Shown piece by piece: positions 57,355-64,000 of a DNA stretch of 64,000 nt; within the stretch, counting starts at the first letter, position 1, and every line of letters starts with the position of its first letter. The stretch spans positions 454,038 to 518,037 of the forward strand of contig JBBDUI010000002.1 of NCBI GenBank assembly GCA_040903985.1, in the 5' to 3' direction. The notes beneath the pieces are model-generated. The model was not told the origin of the DNA, ran no database searches, and was given only the letters and a program-made list of their open reading frames with translations. The translations under genes and the position numbers were made by a program. Origin of the DNA: Candidatus Saccharimonadales bacterium. Its GTDB lineage: Bacteria > Patescibacteriota > Saccharimonadia > QS-5-54-17.

Positions 57355-58548
57355 TTACAGTATAATATCTCGACCATCTTTGCCTTTGATGGGGTAGGAG
57401 CTCTTTTCTTTGTTTGTCTGGCTACTTGTTTGCTTTGATTTCAAATTCTTGCTCTTCATAACTAATTTCTTGATGTCTTCTTCGTTCTCGTAAGCCCGGA
57501 CTCTTCCGCTTAAATAGCCGAGTCTATAAGTGATGCCGTCACTAGTTAGCCGCCAGTTGGTATCATTAAGTGCTTTATTGACTAGCTTCTTCAAGGTTTT
57601 CCTGCTGTCATAGTCATCTCGGTCGTTCTTGCCGTCTAAACAGCTAAATCCAATAAAGACATCACGTCCCATTTCGGGTTTATCTAGACTAAATTCAATG
57701 TATCCGGCTTTTTCTAAGACTGGGCTTAGTATTTCGGATAGCTCCGGAATCTTTAACTTTTTGATTTGAGCCACAGCATCATAAATGTGCTTATTATCTT
57801 CTTTTTCTTTAAGTTCTTTGTCGAGTTGCACCATACCTTCTAATCTGTGCTTAGCATCGATGTGTTCTTGACGAACCTTTTCGTCCAAGAGACAGAAAGC
57901 TCTGCGGTCGTCTTCAAAATCTGGGTCTGGCTTCTCTTTTTTACGAATCAGATCCAACTTATCTTGATAACTGTGCTGACATTTAGGGCAGCTGTACTTA
58001 GTTTTGATAGCAGTTTTCAGACGAGTAGTCCTTTCTTCCATAATTGCTTTGCATTTAGGGCAGTAGGTGTGCCGGCGCTCCCATTCGGCTCCGTCTTCCC
58101 AAAAGGCACTGTTTTTATCGCAGTGCGGGCACTTGAGCATGAATAGCACTTCTTCGGGATCATCGTACTTATAGTCTTCTCCACGATTCATCAGGGTTTT
58201 ATCAATAATCCGTAGGCCTTGCTTGCCACAGTGCTGGCAATTTGGTTCAACTGATAGCCGGGAAGAACTGATTTGTAAGTCTTTTGCTTCATCTTCCGCT
58301 ATCCACTTGGCGATTGTCTCGTCACGCTTGTAGTAGCGATCAACAAGAGCGTTGCCAACCACCATCATATAGATCCAATTCAAGTGGAACGTGCTACGAA
58401 ATGAGTCTGGTTTTTCATCCGGCATGATTTTGAACCATTCATCGCGGAATTGAAGAAAGTACTTAAAGTCTCGGCGAGCAAAATCAACAGTTATCCGATC
58501 ATAGCGGTCTTCATATTCTTTAAATTTTTTAGGATGCGCATAGTCCAT
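57355..58548 (-). CDS. hypothetical protein with two predicted zinc ribbons (four CxxC pairs)
   Basis: CQHCG...CPHCD and CPKCK...CPKCQ, each pair spaced about 25 residues apart. Lys/Glu-rich, and no enzymatic motif is recognised. Confidence 0.45.
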   Translation of the reverse strand: MDYAHPKKFKEYEDRYDRITVDFARRDFKYFLQFRDEWFKIMPDEKPDSFRSTFHLNWIYMMVVGNALVDRYYKRDETIAKWIAEDEAKDLQISSSRLSVEPNCQHCGKQGLRIIDKTLMNRGEDYKYDDPEEVLFMLKCPHCDKNSAFWEDGAEWERRHTYCPKCKAIMEERTTRLKTAIKTKYSCPKCQHSYQDKLDLIRKKEKPDPDFEDDRRAFCLLDEKVRQEHIDAKHRLEGMVQLDKELKEKEDNKHIYDAVAQIKKLKIPELSEILSPVLEKAGYIEFSLDKPEMGRDVFIGFSCLDGKNDRDDYDSRKTLKKLVNKALNDTNWRLTSDGITYRLGYLSGRVRAYENEEDIKKLVMKSKNLKSKQTSSQTNKEKSSYPIKGKDGRDIIL

Positions 58549-58569
58549 TAACTTATACTAATCCTGTGA

Positions 58570-59589
58570 TTACTCTGCTTCAATGAGGGGCTTATACCAT
58601 TTTGCCAAAGCTTCAAAGCTCGCAAAAGTCTGCGGTACCGGATTGTTGGATATAAACTTGGCTTCCCAATACTGGTTCCAATACGCCTCAATTGATCGCC
58701 GAGGATGTTTGGCAATAAATGAATCATAAAAACTATCCAGTATGTCGTAATGGTGCGTATGAATAAAAGGCTCCCAGGTTTCTCGGAGTTTGTCTTGATC
58801 TGCTCCGGGCCGGTTAATAATTTCGGTTTGTTCCATCGCCCTGTCGTTGTTATCGCCCCAGCCTTTCTTTAGCAAATCAATGGCTTCTTTGTCGGTAGTG
58901 GGAGCGCTATACCCGAAAGCTGTAAATATAAAACAACCCTTAAAATAAAACCGAGCTGCCTCCCACTCACGTTTAATAAAACTATCTGACTGATAGTCTT
59001 TGTTCTCAACCGGATAGAGCAACTTGGAAGGCTTAAATGGCTTGCGACACCGACTACATGGTAGACCGGCAATACCGCTAGTGTTATGTTTCTCGCAGAA
59101 ACCTACAGTCACGTTTCCATGTAAGAAGAATAGTTTCGGGAAGCTTGTGGTAATACCAAGTTTAGCTAGCCGGATTCGGGATTGCATCAAAAATGGGTCC
59201 CAGTTGAAGGTAAAGATCGCATCTTTATCACGCAAAGACAGGTTTATGATGTCGTACAGGTTGGGCTTATCAGGTAGCTCAAGCTCCGAAAAATATTCAC
59301 GTACCAATGAATCAATACTACTTAAACTATCCGATGAGCCCAGGTTGAAGAGTTGTGAGTAAGCAGCCTCAAAATCTTGCGTAGCCAATTCTTTTAGGTT
59401 ATTAGGAAACAAGTCTACAAGTTTCAAATTTTCTGCCACATCGCGAAGTAGCGGTACCGGCCGTCCATTCCTATCGCCATTAGGTAGAGCGGCTTTGCTT
59501 GCTCCGGCACCGAGTAGAAGTATGTGTGGTTTTCCGTGGAACGGATTAGCAATTTCTTGCTGAACACTAACTTCGTTATCTGATGTCAT
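58570..59589 (-). CDS. SIR2-like domain protein (SIR2_2/DUF4020-type, defence-associated NADase-like)
   Basis: HILLLGAGASKA (GAGxS), IFTFNWDPF (compare the TTNYD motif), and FFLHGN (conserved His). 4-nt overlap with the upstream ImmA gene. Confidence 0.7.
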   Translation of the reverse strand: MTSDNEVSVQQEIANPFHGKPHILLLGAGASKAALPNGDRNGRPVPLLRDVAENLKLVDLFPNNLKELATQDFEAAYSQLFNLGSSDSLSSIDSLVREYFSELELPDKPNLYDIINLSLRDKDAIFTFNWDPFLMQSRIRLAKLGITTSFPKLFFLHGNVTVGFCEKHNTSGIAGLPCSRCRKPFKPSKLLYPVENKDYQSDSFIKREWEAARFYFKGCFIFTAFGYSAPTTDKEAIDLLKKGWGDNNDRAMEQTEIINRPGADQDKLRETWEPFIHTHHYDILDSFYDSFIAKHPRRSIEAYWNQYWEAKFISNNPVPQTFASFEALAKWYKPLIEAE

Positions 59590-60098
59590 AGCTTGTTCAA
59601 CAACCCCGTACTAGTAATGCGCCACCAAAAAGCTTCTTCACTTACCGCTAAGTGCTTAATCAAGCCAGCAGTATCGCCACGAAATTTCTTGATGTCTTCC
59701 TTTATCAAATTTAGTGGCATTATTAGTTCAGCAGCAAACGCATTAGCTTCAACTTCAGGCACCCTAGAATCATCGAAGTCAATTGAAGCTCCGGAATGGA
59801 CATGCCCCATATAGAGATGCCCGAATTCGTGTGCAACAGAAAACTTCTGCCGATTGACAGAAGTTTTTTTATTAAAGGCGATATCGATATCTTGACCGTC
59901 TTTATGTGCAATTGCGTAAACAGTACTAGGTAGTTTATCGGTTCCGTAAAATCTTATCCCAGGATGATCTTTTGTGATTACACCAACCAGATCGTTAATT
60001 TTAATTGGTGTCGCAATAATACCAGCACGCTTAATAAGTTGTCGGGCGGAGTTGTGACAACCGCTTATTCGGGCTTTGTTTTTAAATTCCTCCTCCAT
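59586..60098 (-). CDS. ImmA/IrrE-family zinc metallopeptidase (COG2856)
   Basis: HEFGHLYMGH is an HExxH motif in a protein of about 170 aa. It directly follows an XRE HTH gene. Confidence 0.75.
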   Translation of the reverse strand: MEEEFKNKARISGCHNSARQLIKRAGIIATPIKINDLVGVITKDHPGIRFYGTDKLPSTVYAIAHKDGQDIDIAFNKKTSVNRQKFSVAHEFGHLYMGHVHSGASIDFDDSRVPEVEANAFAAELIMPLNLIKEDIKKFRGDTAGLIKHLAVSEEAFWWRITSTGLLNKL

Positions 60099-60434
60099 TC
60101 ACTTTTTCCTCTGGCTTTTCATCCATTCTATATAATTCATAACACCCTTCACGTCTTCTTCGCTAAGGTCTTCATCTGCGCGAAGCGCGATACTGACATC
60201 CTTGTGCTCAGATGCAACCTCGCCATCCAGTAAATAGCCAATTGTCACCGATAACTTTCTACCAATCTCCTCTAATTCGTTGATTTGAACTCGACGTTCA
60301 CCGGATTCTATCAGCGATATAGCAGTACTAGATTTGTAGCCAACAGCTTCTGCAAGCTGTTGTTGTGTGAGTCCGACTCTAATACGAGCATCTCTTATTC
60401 GACCGCCGATTTTTTTATAGCGATTACTATCCAT
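60099..60434 (-). CDS. XRE-family helix-turn-helix transcriptional regulator
   Basis: RIRDARIRVGLTQQQLAEAVGYKSSTAISLIESGERRVQINEL is a canonical HTH_XRE. Confidence 0.8.
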   Translation of the reverse strand: MDSNRYKKIGGRIRDARIRVGLTQQQLAEAVGYKSSTAISLIESGERRVQINELEEIGRKLSVTIGYLLDGEVASEHKDVSIALRADEDLSEEDVKGVMNYIEWMKSQRKK

Positions 60435-60559
60435 GACTACCTCTTTTACGTATCTAAATGATAACTTAGGCGTGACTATTTGACAAACAATTTACGATTT
60501 TGATAAACTAATAATTACTAATAGTAAACCGCCCATTAGGGTAGCAGGAGGGATTTAAA

Positions 60560-60799
60560 ATGGCCAAGAAGAATGTCCATATTACCTACAGTAAAGACTC
60601 CAAAGACTGGGGAGTAAAAAGTCAAGGCGCGCATCGCGCTGCCAGCCGACACCAAACAAAGGCCGAAGCCACACAAGCTGGTCGTGAAATAGCCCGCAAC
60701 AACAAAGGTGAGCTTTTCATACACAATAAGGACAATAAAATATCGGACCGTGACAGTTACGGCAATGACCCGTTTCCACCGCGCGATAGAAAGCATTAG
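60560..60799 (+). CDS. DUF2188-family small protein
   Basis: VHI...DWGVK..GA.RA.S.H.TKAEA..AGREIA.N...EL.IH..D..I...DSYGNDP.PP matches DUF2188 spacing. Confidence 0.55.
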   Translation: MAKKNVHITYSKDSKDWGVKSQGAHRAASRHQTKAEATQAGREIARNNKGELFIHNKDNKISDRDSYGNDPFPPRDRKH

Positions 60800-60811
60800 G
60801 AGGCAGCTATT

Positions 60812-61729
60812 ATGCTCATCATAAAAAAGAGATGGATTCGTTCACTAAACAATAACCTACCCGGCGACCTTAGAGGTGGTGTCGTTAATATCGCTGTTAA
60901 GCTTGAATCTAACGAAAATGTTGCTCAAAAAATTGGCTTCGGGAAGAATCCGAAGATTGGTGACACACTCACACCTAAGCCGGTCGGTCCAGCCACTCGT
61001 TTTAACGCTCATGGTAGAGAAAAAATCTTACGAAACCGAGAAAAAGAGAAACTATATCGCACCCAAGAATGGACACGCGAGGAGTGGGCGGGTCGTGGCC
61101 AGACACGAACGGTAACTTCACTAGTGGATATTCCATATTACCGTTATCCTCGTGAGCACATTGATGGTTTTGATTTAGAGCTAACTATCAGAGAGTTTAA
61201 CGGACAGAAGCACATAGTATTAACTGAAGGTATTCGCTGGGATGACGGCAGCACAGAGAAGCTGATAACTGCCATCAATATCTTTTTAGAGGTGTTTGGA
61301 CAGGCAGAAATTCTAAATGAATCTCTAGAAGAAATCCCAAGTCCGGCTGAAATTCGCCGACTTAACTGGATTGTGCTTCCTAAGGGCGAAAAAATTACGC
61401 AAGAATCGTTGGATGAAATCTTGTCGAAGTCTAGACGCATTCGACCAGTACAAATGCTACGCCAGGAGCGCATTAGTTCATTTAATCCCGACATCCGTGC
61501 CATCGGCATGGGCGGCTTCACTGGCTATGTTGTCTATGTCTTCAAAAAGAAAGGAATCGCGGTCATGGAGAGTGTTAAGTATGGTAACGCCAGCTACATT
61601 ATCGCAGCCGACAATTGGGAGAAACTCTCCAAGATGACAAAACAGCAACTTCTGTCAAAAAGCCTAGTGCAGTCGCGTGAAACTCACACTAAAAAATGGT
61701 TTGCCCGCATCAAAAAGCTACTGGCTTAG
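60812..61729 (+). CDS. hypothetical protein (305 aa)
   Basis: ORF. No recognisable motif. Confidence 0.4.
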   Translation: MLIIKKRWIRSLNNNLPGDLRGGVVNIAVKLESNENVAQKIGFGKNPKIGDTLTPKPVGPATRFNAHGREKILRNREKEKLYRTQEWTREEWAGRGQTRTVTSLVDIPYYRYPREHIDGFDLELTIREFNGQKHIVLTEGIRWDDGSTEKLITAINIFLEVFGQAEILNESLEEIPSPAEIRRLNWIVLPKGEKITQESLDEILSKSRRIRPVQMLRQERISSFNPDIRAIGMGGFTGYVVYVFKKKGIAVMESVKYGNASYIIAADNWEKLSKMTKQQLLSKSLVQSRETHTKKWFARIKKLLA

Positions 61730-61923
61730 CGATTGGCGATGATATACTAAAATTACAATTCAACCTTAGGGAGAGGTACTCCCTGCGGACTCTCTGAGTT
61801 CCAGTGCGCCATATATCGCGAGATAAGCACTTACGCCCGCTGCGTGCAAGAAGCAGTAGACGTAAGTGCATTTTTAATTCTTGCGATGGAGGCACTATGT
61901 CTACAGAGATACAAAACATAATA

Positions 61924-62796
61924 CTAAACTAGGTCTCTGAAAAAGTTAATAATACTCTTCGTGTTCGACCACGCAAGACTGTAGTCAATAGCAAGAAGAC
62001 CAGCGACAGCTATCAAGGCACCAAATAAGCTCTTCACCTTGTGGTTTTCCATGAACCTGTAAATTTTCTTAGTACCAGTGGCAACAAGCCAAAAAGGGTT
62101 TGTGTAATGCCAGACATTCACGTCATTCTTTGTAATGTTTCGAGGTTGATTCTTTTGTAACTCTGCGAGCTTGATAAGCTCGTTAGCTGATTTTAGGTTT
62201 AATTCGATTGCTTTTCCAAATCCTTGACACTCTATATGCGGTGGAACTTGCATGCCTTGATATATAGCTTTTGAATCCCGCGATACGACCTGGCTAGGCG
62301 AACGCGCTTTTATATAGTCACCGATTGAAAAATCCACGTCTATATCATCAATTTTTTTCTTTAAAACATCATTACCAATAACTAACTCTAGTTGGATTTT
62401 CAGGTTACGCATTAACTCCTTCAAGGCTTCTAATTTATCGTTGGCCTCGTCAATGTCGAACCTTTTTGATGCATTACTTATGATATGTTGCCACATTTCA
62501 TCAAGAGTTTTTGTCTGCCAACCAGGATCGTAGCCGTCATTGAACACCCCAGCGCCACCCCATTCCGGATCAAACATCTGGCTTGTATTCGGGACTTCAT
62601 ATTCTTTGAAGTATAAATTCGCATGATAACCAGCCCAGGATCCAGACCAAGATTCATGGAGTCGATTGCATGTCTTTATTGTGTCTTTCGATACCATCGC
62701 TAAATACTCTTTCTCGCTTTGGAGAAAGTCTCTCAAGTTATCTAGTGCCGCATCGAGGCCCTGATTAGTTTTAGCTTTTTGAAATAAACTCTTCAT
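61924..62796 (-). CDS. hypothetical protein with C-terminal TM helix (start moved to MKSLFQ)
   Basis: ORF. Soluble N-terminal domain of about 260 aa, then SLFGALIAVAGLLAIDYSLAW. Confidence 0.4.
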   Translation of the reverse strand: MKSLFQKAKTNQGLDAALDNLRDFLQSEKEYLAMVSKDTIKTCNRLHESWSGSWAGYHANLYFKEYEVPNTSQMFDPEWGGAGVFNDGYDPGWQTKTLDEMWQHIISNASKRFDIDEANDKLEALKELMRNLKIQLELVIGNDVLKKKIDDIDVDFSIGDYIKARSPSQVVSRDSKAIYQGMQVPPHIECQGFGKAIELNLKSANELIKLAELQKNQPRNITKNDVNVWHYTNPFWLVATGTKKIYRFMENHKVKSLFGALIAVAGLLAIDYSLAWSNTKSIINFFRDLV

Positions 62797-62980
62797 ACAA
62801 TAAATATAACAGAGAAACAAACAAGATCTTACAACGATCACGGAACCCGGTCAGAAAATTTATCGTCCAGTCGCTATAGAAGGACAGGTCATACAGGGGT
62901 TAGCGTAAAAATTACAGATGTGCTTATAAAGCAACAAGACCAGGTCATGGAACCCGGTCTTGATCAGATTGTGTACTACT

Positions 62981-63055
62981 TGGTAGCGGGGGCAGGATTC
63001 GAACCTGCGACCTCCGGGTTATGAGCCCGACGAGCTGCCACTGCTCTACCCCGCG
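62981..63055 (-). tRNA. tRNA-Met (CAU) with initiator-like features
   Basis: Reverse complement is CGCGGGGTAGAGC...GGGCTCATAACCCGG...GGTTCGAATCC...CCCCGCTACCA. It has an unpaired 1:72 (C.U) pair and three consecutive G:C pairs at the anticodon-stem/loop junction. Confidence 0.75.
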
Positions 63056-63149
63056 TCACAATATTCAAAATACTACTATTAACTCTATCAGTCAAGGTAG
63101 TAATAAGGGGTAGGTTTCACTTTTCGCTTGCGAGTGGCATACTGGAGCT

Positions 63150-63998
63150 AATGAAACGATTGACGATTCTCCTAGTTCTGTTGAGTCTTTCACTTAGTCT
63201 GTTTGGTGCGAGTCCAGTTCTAGCGGATAACGGTGAGTCTATACTGGAATTCCGGAGCGAAGTAAATATTAATGGTGATGGCCAGGCTGAGATTACCGAG
63301 ACTATTCGGTATGACTTCAACGGTAATGAGAGGCGGGGTATCTATCGTGACATACCGATTCGGTACGAGGCTGAGGATTCGAAGCGTCAATTTTATGAAG
63401 TGAAGCTCGACATACTAGACGTGACTCGCAATGGCAGTGCCGTACCGTACTTGGTGATAAATGAGGACACTTATACCCGACTACGTATCGGTGATAGGGA
63501 TGATACACGCAGTCGTGATATAGAGGAGTACGGCATAACCTACAGGCTCTATCCGGTAGCCTACCAATATGATGATGTAGATGCGGTCCAGCTCGATGTA
63601 GTGGGCAGCCGCTGGGAGATACCGATCAAATCAGTTAGCGTAGAGATTAGTCTGCCGTTTGCTACCACCGAGCGCGAATGTTTTGCGGGTGTATCGGGTA
63701 GTGCACTTAGAGATTGTAGGCTAACGGGGGATGAAGATTCTGTGATCATTACGGCTAATAGTCTCGCTACCGGGGAGGGAGTGACGGCCTACTTTGAGTT
63801 TGCGGAGGGGGTTTTCACTAATTATCTTGAAGCTCAAACCACTCCGTTTCCTTGGGTGTGGGTCGGTGTCGGGCTGGTGCTCTTTATGGTAGTAATCGGT
63901 GGATTAGGCGGAATCATCACTTCTCACATTCGCTACGTGTTACGGAAGCGGCGACAGCTGGTTATATCAGAGTATGAACCTCCAAAAGATTTAACCCC
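63150..63998 (+). CDS. DUF2207-family membrane protein (N-terminal part; continues beyond window)
   Basis: Not in the ORF track because there is no stop in the window. Signal peptide MKRLTILLVLLSLSLSLFG, then NINGDGQAEITETIRYDFNG...RRGIYRDIP typical of DUF2207. A TM helix lies near the window end. Confidence 0.5.
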
Positions 63999-64000
63999 AG

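Noticed and set aside
59964-60233. ORF 59964-60233 (+) and others antisense within the ImmA/XRE genes
   Set aside because: They are antisense to genes with clear HExxH/HTH motifs, and they have no start context.
1-64000. Scan for CRISPR arrays, rRNA genes, transposase/integrase genes
   Set aside because: No regularly spaced direct repeats and no 16S/23S-like sequence were seen. No DDE/tyrosine-recombinase-like ORFs were seen either. The only tandem element is a trivial AATGAGACA x2 at about 56545.

Overview
This window reads as one contiguous chromosomal segment from a small-genome, monoderm-style bacterium. Overall GC looks to be roughly 50-55% by eye. A Patescibacteria/Saccharibacteria-like lineage is plausible but is inference only. 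The evidence for that placement is a Gram-positive-type type IV pilus cluster (pilB-pilC-major pilin-two minor pilins-PilX-like-pilMNO, no secretin, no PilT), two sortases, RNase Y-YmdB-HU, and compact housekeeping genes.

The housekeeping content is coded densely with very little non-coding sequence between genes. It includes yebC-ruvC-ruvA-ruvB, recA-recX, rarA divergent from a large UvrD-family helicase-nuclease, aspS (without the GAD insertion), CCA-adding enzyme, tsaE-tsaB, rny-ymdB-hup, and dus. It also includes two CPA-type K+/H+ antiporters (one with an RCK domain), MscS, MscL, DedA, DsbA, an APC permease, two ABC-2 exporter pairs, a glutaredoxin-like protein, ArsR, an FtsB-like protein, and a D-2-hydroxyacid dehydrogenase. 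There are three tRNA genes (Pro-UGG, Met-CAU, and an initiator-like Met-CAU) and one degenerate 5' tRNA fragment next to a small GIY-YIG nuclease gene.

The most unusual region is an AT-richer island of about 8.5 kb at roughly 54.5-62.9 kb, ending at the initiator-like tRNA. It carries a tight five-gene minus-strand operon: XRE-HTH, ImmA/IrrE metallopeptidase, a SIR2-like protein, a four-CxxC zinc-ribbon protein, and an R-x4-H (HEPN-like) protein, closed by a strong hairpin. The island also holds a DUF2188 protein, two unknown 305-aa proteins, an NDT-like protein, an HExxH protein and a decayed gene fragment. I read this as a candidate regulated antiphage defence locus of unclear family.

Other notable signals are a 40-bp perfectly palindromic repeat present three times (one copy overlapping the -10 of the rarA/helicase divergent promoter), a sortase substrate of the ice-binding-like (DUF3494) family split by a frameshift at a G4 tract, unusually long leader peptides on both minor pilins, and a 19-codon uORF with a consensus Shine-Dalgarno ahead of the KefB/C-like antiporter.
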